Positions 24,806 to 37,890 of a DNA stretch of 64,000 nucleotides are shown here, piece after piece (positions within the stretch are counted from its first letter, which is position 1; each line of letters begins with the position of its first letter). Source of the DNA: Octopus sinensis (Eukaryota); assembly GCF_006345805.1 (NCBI RefSeq), contig NC_043005.1:28644001-28708000 (forward strand). Direction: 5' to 3'. Both the position numbers and the translations under genes were made by a program. Under the pieces are notes generated by a model. It saw only the letters and a list, made by a program, of their open reading frames with translations. It did no database searches and had not been told where the DNA came from.

Positions 24806-27800
24806 TGCAGGAGTGGCTGTGTGGTAAGAAGCTTGCTTCCCAACCACATGGTTCCGGGTTCAGTCCCACTGCATAGCATCAGGCCAACCAAAGCCTTGTG
24901 AGTTGATTTGGGAGACAGAAACTGATATATATATATATATGTGTGTGTGTGTCTGTGTTTGTCCCCCACAATCACTTGACAACTGATGCTGATGTGTTTG
25001 CGCCCCTGTAACTTAGCAGTTCAGCAAAAGAAAATGATAGAATAAGTACTAGGCTTTCAAAGAATAAGTCCTGGGGTCAATTTGTTCAACTAAAGGGGGC
25101 TGCAATCAAATGACTGAAACAAGTAAAAGAATATATCGGTTAGTTTCAGAGATATTTAAACAATGTATTCGTGGGTGGTTAAGGGGAGTGGGATGTGATG
25201 CCGAAGAAGGAGCAAGAATTCCTGGAATATGCATATACACCCATTACCTATTTTCTCCCTTTAATCACATTGTTTACGTAGATGTATTTGTATACAAATC
25301 ATCATAACTTTCAGTGCTGGCTCTAAATTCTATAGAAAACCTGTAGAGATTAACTTAAAAATAAAAACAACTCACTACTAACACCAAAGCAGGTTGCAGT
25401 AGTGACTTGTAAACCTTTAATGTACTTGGTAGTAATTTGGTGTTTGCAAAACAAAATAGTGTCCCTACCAACAAGTGATTCTTTTCTTTCTTTTATTTGT
25501 TTCAGTCATTTGACTGCGGCCATGCTGGAGCACCGCTTTTAGTTGACCCCAGGACTTATTCTTTGTGAGCCTAGTAATTATTCTATCGGTCTCTTTTGCC
25601 GAACTGTTAAGTTACAAGGACATAAACACACCAACATCAGTTATCAAATGATTTTGGTGGGGACAAACACAGACACACACACATATATATACGACAGGCT
25701 TCTTTCAGTTTCCGTCTACCAAATTCACTCACAAGGCTTTGGTCAGTCCGAGGCTATAGTAGAAGACACTGGGCCAAGGTTCCACACAGTGGGACTGAAC
25801 CTGGAACCACGTGGTTGATAAGCAAGCTACTTACAACACAGCCAAGCCTGCACCTATTATATAAACTATATTTAAGTTTTAGGGCCTCTTCATAAAAGAA
25901 TAAACCAAATAATTACCAACAAACTTTAGCAATATCTTTAGATTATTATTCTTTGCTATTGATATTTTATTTTTATTTCAGCTGAAATCATTCGAGTTTT
26001 TGATGGCAATAATACAATGAAGCGACGATTGTATAGGACAATTTCAGTCAATAAAAATGCACCTACACATGTTATCTTGGTAAGTTTAATTAACCAATTA
26101 ATTAACTAACTTACACGATAATTAATAAACTTTGCATTCGTATTTTTACTATTTTTCACAATTATCCATATTTCTTTTGTAATTTTTGCAAGTTCTTGTC
26201 AACTGAATTTTTATTACCATTTCCCTGGATAAGGTCAGTTCATCTAATGTCATACTGCTATTCTTCCAGAAAAACAAAGAACTTTCTCCAGTTCTATATT
26301 TAAGAGATGAGGAATTATTTACATTATTTACATTTGATGGATATTTGTCCTCATCTTGTTTGTTGATAACACAACTTTTCAGCTGATATACCCTCTAGCC
26401 TTCATCAGGTGTTTTGGGGAAATTTCGAACCTGGGTTCTCATTCCTAAGGTATTTATGGAAAAATACCTTAGGAATGAGAACCCAGGTTTGAAATTTCCC
26501 CAAAACACCTGATGAAGGCTGGAGAGTATATCAGCCGAAACGTATTAACAACAAACAAGATTCAAGATGAGAACAAATATCCATCAAATGTAAATAATGT
26601 AAACAACTTTCCGTTATTCCTTGTTATCTATATGTTGATATAGTAGTACTTGCCTACCTTCCTACATCTTGTGTCATGCTGTAGATTATGAAATGAAATT
26701 AAAGACAGAAAATTTATGCTTTTTGAAAGACAGTTGACTGATAAGCTATGGAACAAAATCAAAGACATACCCTATTACCCAAAAGTAACCAGAAATGTTC
26801 TCTGTGAGACAAGCCTGTAGTAGTTCAGGCTTCTGCTGCTAGATACCACTTGATGCAACCCTCAGGTATCAGTCTGCCAATCGGTGACATCGAGTGAAGT
26901 CGTACTGCCACATGGTACGTCTTTGTCTTGCAGTGCTCCTCCCCTGTTTGTCAATATTTGCAATGGCTGAAATGAAGGAACCGCATGCTTCCATGAAACC
27001 CTGTTTTCTGTTGAAGAAAATGGCAGCTTGAACAGTTGTCATGCTTCAGACAGCTTACAAGGATGCTGCCATGAGCAAAACACAAGTTTATGAGTGGTTT
27101 TCATGCTTTAGGAATGATCACTTGTCACTTGAAGTCCAACCTCGTTTGGGACCACCATCAACTTCCCAAATGAATGAAAACATTACGAAAATTTATGAAT
27201 TGGTCTTGGAGGACTCTTGCTAAACAATTGACAAATGTGATGATATGACTGGTGTGTCCTGAAGCTCCTGCCAATGAATTTTGAGCAAGGAATTGCAAAT
27301 GAAAAGAGTTGCAGCAAAATTTGTGCTTCACTTGCTCACAAAAGATCAAAAGCAATCATGACTAAATGTGTGTCCTAAACTGAAAGAACAATTGGAAATT
27401 GATCCAGACTTTTTTCTGAAGGTCATCGCTAGTAACAAAAGCTAATGCTACAGCTACAACCTGAAAACTAAGCAGCAATTAAGTCAACAGAAGCATTCAA
27501 TGTTACCTCACCCCAAAAAGCACATCAAGGGAAGTCCAATGTCAAGGCGATGCTGATTTGTTTCATTGATGAAAAAGTAGTTGTCCACACAAAATTTGTT
27601 CCTCCTGGTCAAACTGCTAACCAGACATTTTACTTAGCAGTTCTGAAGTGTTTGTGAGACAAGATGAAAATGCCCCAACCTGTGGCAATGTGGAGAGTGG
27701 TGGTTTCATCACGACAATGTGCCTGTGCACACTGTCTTGAGTGTGAGACAGATTTTGATCAAAAATGGCATGACCTCACTTATCTACCTCTCCATATTTG

Positions 27801-30800
27801 CCCAATCTTACACACTGCAATTTAACTCTGTTCCCCTGAATGACAAAGTCCTTAGAGGAAAACCTTTTGCAGACGTGAAAGAGATAAAGAAAAATATTAG
27901 AGAGGCATTAAACGACATCATTTTTCAGGAGTTCCAGGACTACTTCAAACAGTGGAAAATGCATCTGGACCAATGCATTGCTTCAAATGGAGAATATCTT
28001 GAAGGCAATAAAAGTGTAAACATGCAAAACTAAGTGAATAAACTAGTATTGTAAAATTCCGGTTTCTTTTGGGTAACCCCTTGTACAGTATATTTATTAT
28101 TTATATTGCTTATAAACAGATAAATAAAAAGCAAAAACATAATTGAAAATACATTATAAAAGGACAATATAAATTCATTAACACTTTTGTTGCTGTATTT
28201 ATTTTGAGATGCCCTGCTTTTCTTTCAATTACTTTAAATATAACAAAGAACTTAGTAAAATAACTTAATTATTATTCAGCTAGTGTTAGGAACATAAATT
28301 GAGACTAAGGTTTGGTGGAAGAATTTAATTCAAAACTTATGAAAACAAGACATTTGTACTCAGAGGCAGAGCTGTTTCAGCCGGGTTGGCAACAAAAGGG
28401 TTAAATATAACAGGTTATAAATGCAACTCACAGAAAATATAACAAATAATAAAAATTGTTTCAATGGTTTCTTTGCTATTCTCTGGCTTTATTTTCTCTT
28501 TTGATCCCATTTTTTCCTTCCTTCCCAATGGAACCTACAATTGGTTTTTTTTTTTTTTTTTCAGGAGGCAGCCCTTAAAACATTCCACATATCCGATGAC
28601 CCCAAAAATTACTATGTAACTGAAGCCTCAGAGTATGGTAAGTTGTTTGTTGTGTTTTAAGTTTCTGTTTACAGTTATGCACAACAATGTTGTGATTTTA
28701 GTCCTGCATTTCTAGCTCATGTCATCTGACATACACACACTCATACATGGTGAGCTGCCTTGTCCCTTCAATGAATGAGCAAGATACAGCTGCTCTGTGT
28801 TCTTAGTATTGGTACTGGTATCTTGGTTTGCCGAACAACTTGTCCAACGATTATTATTAAAATGGACGTAGTTGTGCAGAGCCATTCCCATTCTCTTCTC
28901 CTTCAAACTTGTATTGGTTTGGTGCAACTAGTGAACATGAGCCAAGTATTTATCAGGATGCAGGAATTGCATGGAGTTACCTTCTCTTTGTTGCAGCAGC
29001 TAATGAGCTGAAGGGCCTCATCTAGCGTGGATTCATTTGGGTATCTGTGAGTGACCTTCTTCCAGGGAGCAATCCCATGACATGCTAATTAACCCATAAC
29101 TGGGATGCTGCCAGATGCCACTACTCTGGGTCAGAACAATAATGGTTGAGAAGTGATTTCACTCTCTGCAAAACTAGACTTCCTGAACCACCAAATGCAG
29201 TTTAGAGTCATACCCAGGACAAGCATACACTACATTATCATTTCACATTTGTTTTTCATACTGGCATGGGTTGGATGATTCAGTTGGATCAAACAGGTTG
29301 GAGAACCATGTCTTGCTTCCAGTATCTCAGTTTTAGCATTGTTTCTACAGCTATCTAACGCCATCCACTTTACAGATTGTACTGATTGCTTTTTATGGCA
29401 CCAGCACTAGAGAGGTCACCTTGTTACTTGTAAGAGTAAAGAACCTCCTTGACTAATGAATAGAATAACCAAGAGGGAGTTGGTAAGCTATTGAGAGGTT
29501 AAAGTATCATAGAAGGGACAGGATCAAGTTTGTTGTTGCAGAAGAGATTTGTGGGAACCAGGAAGATACTAAAAGATAGTGATGAGGTGCCAAAGTGTAT
29601 CCTCAAGGTACAAGATGGTGAATAGAAGAGAGTGGAGAAACTGAAGAGGAAAGGTGGGTGAAGGAAAGGCTGCAAAAGTGGGAGAGGAGAGTGAAAAGGG
29701 TTAGAAATAAGGGTGGAAGTAAATGGTTGGTGAACAAGATTAGGAAGTGGTCAGTGATAGATATATAAAAACAGGATCACATGCGGTCGTATCGTATAGG
29801 GAATACAATCGCACGCGACCCTATTCTTAATGAATTTTTACAGACCATATAATACATACAGCGGCAATAGAACACAAGCGGAATGACAACAAGATTTCTT
29901 TTTGAGATATATACATTATTTATTTTACATATTTTACAATCATGCCATCGACTGGCCTCCGTGCCGTGGGCACGTAACAAACACCATCCGATCGTAGCCG
30001 TTCGCCAGCCTCGTCTGGCACCTGTGTCGGTGGCACATAAGAAAAACACCGAAAACACCATATCCGAGCGTGGCCGTCTGCCAGCCTCGTCTGGCACCTG
30101 TGTCGGTGGCACATAAAAAACACCATCCGAGCGTGGCCGTCTGCCAGCCTCGTCTGGCACCTGTGTCGGTGGCACATAAAATTACCCACTACACTCTCAG
30201 AGTGGTTGGCGTTAGGAAGGGCATCCAGCTGTAGAAACACTGCCAGATCTGACTGGCCTGGTGTAGCCTTCGGGCTTGCCAGACCCCAGTTGAACCGTCC
30301 AACCCATGCTAGCATGGAAAGCGGACGTTAAACGATGATGATGATGATGATGATGATGCTTGATGTTGGAAGTTTGTAAGTGTTAGCATGTTTTTGTGTC
30401 CGTGTGTTCGTGAGTGTGACAGAGCAAATCAGGTGAATGTGATTGACATAGCAACAGATAGTAGCAGATGGCTTAAGGTAGTTCTTAGAAGAACTAGAAC
30501 TCAAGAACAGATAATTGATTTACCATTTATGAGGTACACGGAGTGTAAGCTTTCCATATCAAGATGTTGCGTCTCGTAGTTGAGATTAATTGAATCACTT
30601 GTTGTGTTTTAGCTTTCTCTTGATATGAATGTACTTCCAGATATATCAACTGTAGCCGTTTTTCCCATGGTGATATTTTCACCTAACCGCTATAGTTGAA
30701 TCTTTAGTTGTCTTGTGTACAAATTAAACCTTAGTAGATAGAGACGATGTTTGGCGATGAGTTGTGTCTGTCGCTTGGTTTTTTGCTGCATCTTCATTAT

Positions 30801-33800
30801 ATATTCTGCTTGGTTATTTCCTCTTGATATAATGGTGGTCGCCTGCCTTTCAAACTGGAACATGGTCGAGTATGCTCTGTGTGGTCAGAAGTCCATTCTG
30901 AGAAGAACTAGAACCAAAGACGAACTCTGTGGTCAGAGGTTCGCCCTGAGAAGGACTTGAACCAAAGACGAATATTTGTCTGAGAACCCTTCTTTATATA
31001 AGGTTTATGTGGCTCAAAATGAACTTCAGAAATGGAAAGCTGTGATTGGCTGCTTGGAACAATGGCGCGAAAATAAGCGGAGGCAAATCGCGTCACGTGA
31101 CAACCAGTGGTGCGAACGTAGTAGAGACCACGTGTCACCCAATCGAATTAGTGTTTACAACAATGTTAAACTAGCCGAAGATGTTTGTAATCTCGAACGA
31201 GATTATTCTTAATACTCTTCTCAAACAGTGAAGATAGCAATGAGGGTACGATATTGCTACAGATATGAGATAGGAAATGGTGTTAATAAGGAAGGAATGA
31301 TGTCAAGAGAAAGTAGCTAAGGGAGAGGGAGTGATGACTGGCAGCACAAAAAGAGAGATCACTGGAAAGTATGAGCAGGAAAATGCAATGTTAAAAATGA
31401 GGAAAGGATGTCAAAGAGAAGAGGGAGTGATAACTCCCTCTTTCTTGAGACACTTTCTTTTGACATCCATCACATAAAGGAGTGATAATATATAGCTCTG
31501 TTCTCATTTAATTATAGTAGCAGAATAATGCAGTAGATAGAGGGATGAGAGAGTGGGATAAGCAACAAATGAGGGCTTGACAGAAACATTGAGCATGGGG
31601 CCCAGTTGTATGCACACATATTATACTTACTGAACCTCATTTTTGTTGTGTTAACATAGATTTTGTGCATATTCTCCATCACTGCTTATTACAAATCAAC
31701 TTGGTCCTTTGACATCTCCTCTATGAGACCCAACATCTAGAGATTGGCCTTTATCACTTCGTACCACACTTTCCTAGGTCTCTCTCTGCAGGTTCCATCC
31801 CTTGTAAGCAATTAGCACATCTGATACAGGTGACCTTCTTCATACACATCACATGTCCATACTAACACCATCTTTTCTCATGATCAAATCAAATCGAATT
31901 TATTGGCAGGAGAAGAGCACAATGTGCTTAAGCTATGTAAAAAAGAAAAAAAGTTACTGTTATATACAGTTTTATACATAGTCGCCACACAGTTGTCCAG
32001 AGCCTCTTTGAACAGGAGAGTGGTGGGCAGTTCCATGGGACTGCGATATGGACAGAGATTGCAGCCTTCTGCCTGTTAAGTTGAAAGTGTCAGGGATAGA
32101 GTTTTCAATCATGCCTACAAAAACCCCTATTGGGCACAGGGGTGTAAAACTCCACAAATGGTAGGTTTACATTCCCGTTGAAGATGTCGAAAGCCAGGAT
32201 GAGATGCCACTGCATTTAAGTCCTCTTATTCCAAGTTTTTCTTTCAGCACATTTATAGCCATGTACACTGACATTGCACATCTAATGAAGCATGCATACT
32301 TAATTACTTTCTCATTTTCACACATCTTCTGCATTCAGGGCCCATGTCTCACATTCGGGCCCATGTCTCACGTTCGGACCCATATCTCACATTCAGGCCC
32401 ATGTCTCATTACCATGTAGCATTGCAATGTGCAGATGTCCACCTTTCACCTTGAAAGAGAAGCCTTTTGTTACCAAAAGCAGAAATAGATCCCTGAATTT
32501 TCTCTACTCTGTTTGTATTCTTGCTACTATAATTTCAGAATACACTTCTCCACTACTAATTAGGTCACCTAAATAACAGAAGCTATCAAATGTCTCTAGG
32601 CAGCATGCACCTGGGCATTTGAGAAAATCTATTTTCCGTGCATTCTTAGTATCTATTGTTCCTTAGCATCTACCACATACAAAGCTTACTTTCTCTATTA
32701 AGCTGCTCGTGATTTTACTACACCTTTGTGTATCCATAGTTTGCACTTGATACACTGAATGGTATTTCTTCCTACATCTTTTTCTTCAAACAGAGCAATG
32801 TCATTTTCCCAAAGGGAATAGAGTCTGGTCTGTTTTCCTGTTTACCAAAACTTTAGTTTTTGCTAAATTATTCCAGGTTTTGCTTCCATGTTTGGAACTT
32901 CTTTTCTAATTTTACCTCAGATTCAGCCTTAAGAACAAAGTCACTCAATAAATAAGAACTATGAAGGCCTAGGATGAATAAAAAGGGACTGAAAATCAAA
33001 TCCCTACCTACACATTGAATTCATCATTATTTACATTATTTACATTTGATGGATGTTTGTCCCCATCTTGTTTGTTGTTAACACACTGTTTGGGCTGATA
33101 TACCCTCCAGCCTTCATAAATAGAGAACTGAATTCATCATTCTACTCACTGCTGAATCTCACCTTGCTGCAGCACCTCTGTGCATGGCTTGGACTGTTTT
33201 CACAAGCCATTTGTCCACCCCTAGCTTCCTCAGAAACCACCAAAGCACAGAGTTAGGGACACTGTTGATGACTTTCACCTGGTTGATGGATACTAAGTGT
33301 AGTAGCTTATTTTTACTAAACATTTCTCTTCCATTTGGAAAAAAAGGCATCAGTTATACTTCGTCTTATCATAAAATGATATGCTTGAGAAGACCTGTTG
33401 AGTCAAGTAAAACCAAGACTGTAGCTGTGGCCAGTGCCCCGACTGGCTCCCATGCCGGTGACACGTAAAAAGCACTATCCGAATGTGGTCGATACCAGGC
33501 CCACCTAACTGGCTCCTGTGCCAGTGGCACATAAAAAGCACCCTCAACACTCACAGAGTGGTTGGCATTAGGAAAGGCATCCAGCTGTAGAAACATTGCC
33601 AGATCAGATTGGAGCCTGGTGCAGCCACTAGCTCTCCAGACTGCTGGCAAACTGTCCAACCCATGCCAGCATGGGAAACAGACGTTAAACGATGATGATG
33701 ATGATAAAAAAACCAAGCTGTATCTTATCAAGGCGGCGAGCTGGCAGAAACGTTAGCACACCGGGCGAAATGCGTAGCCGTATTTCGTCTGCCGTTACAT

Positions 33801-36800
33801 TGTAAGTTCAAATTCCACCGAGGTCGACTTTGCCTTTCATCCTTTCGGGGTCGATAAATTAAGTACCAGTTACGCACTGGGGTCAATATAATCGACTTAA
33901 TCCATTTATCTGTCCTTGTTTGTCCTCTCTGTGTTTAGCCCCTTGTGGGTAGTAAAGAAATATGTATCTTATCAAGACACTTCCTAATCAATTGAGTTGT
34001 AACTCTTTCCTCTCCAGGGCATCTCCTTCACCTTCGTAACAGGTGATTATGATGCTGCTGTGCCAGTCATTCATTATGTCACTTTTCTGTATAACATGAT
34101 TGACTATATTGATAACTAGGCCATATCCTGTTCTATCAGATATTGTAAGTATCTCAGTGGTAATTCTTGATGATGTATGAGATAAGAGAGTGCGACAGGT
34201 GAGTCTGGGGAGCAGATGGTGAGATAAGGGTTGGATAACTGACACATGTTGGACAGGCGAGATAGGGAGGGACAGATAAGTTAAAGGTGAGGTGGATATG
34301 ATTGAGGAAACCACTCAATGTGAAGGCACAGTAAATCATCTAACTAATCTTGTCTAATCTTTCCATGTATTTTTAACAAAAGTTTATTTCCAATATTTCA
34401 GGTGAGAAAGAGCTTGATGAAAACAGCCCATTTAGACTCCAGCTCACAACTCCAGACGGAAAGCGACCGTCCATATTCCTTCGCTACAAAGACAAAGACC
34501 CCGATAAAGGATATATAAAGGTCTACTCAGGTGGCTTAAAGTAGGTATAGCACTCATTAAATTACCTTTTAAATATTTTCTTACTTATTACAATATGAGA
34601 GACATATATTAACCTTCCAAAAGCATAAAACCTATTAACTTAGACATTTATTATTTGTTGTCAAAATTTCCTCACACCTACTGTAACCTGGTCACTGACA
34701 TGGTTCCACTGCAACACAAGTTGCAGTTAGACAACAAATAATGAATGTTTAAGTGAAGTTAACAGTTTTTGTTTTTCCTTTTTGGTGATGGGGAGGCTAA
34801 TATACATCTTCTACAATGTAATCATTTTAGTTTCAAATCACAGCCACTGGCCAAGTCACTTCCTAGACAAATTCATTTCCAAATTTTCTTGTGTTTGAGT
34901 GAATTGTTTTTGTTTTGTGTTTTTATGAAAAAAAATTATTTTCTAAATGTATTACAATTGTGAAAATTTCCAAGTGTTTCATGTGACCCAAATGTGCTAC
35001 TTTCTTCTTTGTCTCTATGACTCTTAAACGATTATATATTGTAGAGTGTCTGTGGGAAGCAAGTTTGTTCCTATCAACAAAGATACCACAACAGACATGG
35101 TGATAAGGACAGCACTTAGAAAGTTTGGTCTGGAGGTAAAAAAAATGTTCATTTACATTCAAAAATGTTTTCTTTTCTTTCAAATATCAATTTTCATTAT
35201 CATCATCATTATCATTTAATATCCATGTTCTATGCTGTTGGTATGGGTAAGATTGTTTGACAAGATCCAGTGGGTCCAGGGCCTGCATTATGCTCCAATG
35301 CTTGGATGCCCTTCCTAATGCCAATCCCTTTCCTGACACCATTTTATCATTATTATAAAGATTGAATAAATATTCTTTTCTACTCTAAGCATAAGGCCCG
35401 AAATTTTGGGGGAGGGAGCCAGTCGATTAAATCAACCTCAGTATACAACTGGTATTTAATTTATTGACCCCAAAAGGATGAAAGGCAAAGTCTACCTTGG
35501 CAGAATTTATTCTCAGAATGTAAAGACAGACGAAATACCGCTAAGTATTTCACCTGGTGTGCTAACATTTCTGCCAGCTCACCACCTTAGACTGAATAAA
35601 TATTGCAATGTCTACTTTTATTTCTCCAGTTTTTCAGATTAAATTCCAAGAAAACTGGATGATTAATTCTTAAAATAGTAAAAGACTGGCATGATCAGAA
35701 GAAAAGCAGATAGAATACTTTTCAGTATTTAGTCACATCTCTTCATATTCTGTGTTCAAATCTCACCAAAGTTGACTTTAACTGCCATTCTTACACTGCT
35801 GATAAAATAAAGAATACCAGTCCTCAAGTACTGAATCAATGGAATTGCCAATAAACTTCCTTATCAAATCCTTTAGCCTAGTGACTATGTCAAACCATTA
35901 ACAATATTCTTCCTAGTTTTTTCATTCCTAAATAATTTTGAAAATAAATATGAGATAGAGAGCGATGAACTGTTAAAGCAGTGGTTCTATAAGCGGGCAG
36001 TATTGCCTCCCTGGGAGCAGTGGAAAGTTCCAAAGGTGAGTTGAAGAAAGGCGGGGCAATAATGGGTAGCGATTCATGTAAAAACAACAAAATAATGGGT
36101 TTGTTAGGTTAAGTCTTATTTGTGGAATACAGTTGCTTTGAATTTGCTTCAGAAAAATGTCTAGGTTTGTGATGGTTAGTTGGGATGAGGGCACTAGTAA
36201 TGTGGCCTGGGTGTCAAAGGGATGACAGCCCTTAAATGTTTGGGAACCACTGTGTTAAAGTAACCACTACACTGATGATTTTATAGTGTATTTAAATTTC
36301 TTAATGCCAATAGATAAAACTATTTTCCATAGTCACAGGCTGTGTGGTAAGACATTAGCTCCTTAACTACTCAATTATGATACCCCAGTGCTACTGCATG
36401 GCATCTTTGGCAGTTATCTTCTATAATCCCAGGCAAACCAAAGCCTTGTGAGTGGATTTGGCAGACAGAAGTGATAGTTGTAAATAAGTATCACTGTAAA
36501 TAATATATTTCCAAATCTCTCTGAGAGATTTAGAAATGTATTATTTCTATTTTCAAAAATCAGTGAATGTATTTCACTTGAAATATATATGTTTTCAAAT
36601 GCAGATAAACATCGACAGCTAGCAAGCCATACTACTCCAGACTGATGATGAGCAATGACTCTGAAACTAGTCTCTGAATGCTGGCTTTGCTGGGTGGAGG
36701 TGCTTGTCTCCACTTTGAAAACATAAGGACACAGGAAATGTGTCAAGTCCAACAGGAAACAGTGTTTCCTAGGGCTAAGTAACAGTAGCATTCGTCCATT

Positions 36801-37801
36801 TCATGGGACTGTCACATTGAGCTGACAACATACAAGTATCACTGTCATGTAAATGGTAGCCTTTGTTTCCAACAGTCTGTAAAGACATGTCTGATTATGG
36901 GGAAACATTAACCTTTCTTGGAAACCGGTGAGTGTTAGCAACAAAAAGGGTCTCTGGCCATAGAAACACTTGCTTCAATGAATTCTGTCCAATTCATGCA
37001 AGAATGGGAAAGTGGACGTTGAAATGATGATGAAGAAGAGTGAAATATTATCAGGGGAGGTAGAGTGGTAGACTGTATAAAGTGATGGATTGGAAAGGAA
37101 CATTTGTGTTCTAAGTTCAGTATCTGGTTGGACTTGGTTTACACTTTCATCCTTCTAGGATAGAGAAAGTAAGTACCAGTTGTGTTCTGGTATCTTTTCC
37201 CTCCCCAGCATTTGTATCTTTGAGTCAAGGTTAGAAATTATTGACAGTGTATTGGGGTACCAGTAATATACTGATATTTGATTCAGTCAACTGCACCCAT
37301 TTCCTCTAAAATAGGTGAGATGGGGGTGGGATTGGGGAATTACCATATCTTGGAAGGTATAGCAATTCATCTCATTAATCCTGCCTAAATACCATAGTTC
37401 CACTCACTTAAGGGTCTTAGTTTTGCAAGCTACATGGCAGCCTCACTAGTACTGGTGCCACCATGACGCACCCAATTTTTTCTTTAAAAAAGGTCGGCAT
37501 TAGGAAGGTCATCCAGCAATACAAACCATGCTAAAGTAGACAATGAAGAGCTGTCAAACTGTCCAATCCATATCAGCATGAAAGAAGGATGTCAAAAGTT
37601 AATGATGATGATGATGATAGTACTGTGTTTCAAGAAGTGTAAGTCAAACATATCTGTGAAAATTTAAAAAAGCTTTAAGGAACTTACTAAAAAATAGGAT
37701 TAATGTATTAAATTAAGAATTGATATGTTATAATTAATTAGGGAGAATGTAAAGTGTTGAAGAATATACTGGAACTGCACAGTAACAAGTATGTCCACAC
37801 A

Positions 37802-37890
<89 letters not shown>

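Noticed and set aside
29777-30315. Overlapping 132-aa and 131-aa ORFs with repeated peptides
   Set aside because: Artefact of the 60-bp internal repeats of family C; the repeats abut without unique spacers, so not CRISPR either
31188-31213. Helitron 3' end (hairpin plus CTRR)
   Set aside because: Hairpin is present but is followed by CTTAA, not CTRR; kept only as one option for the CpG-rich insert
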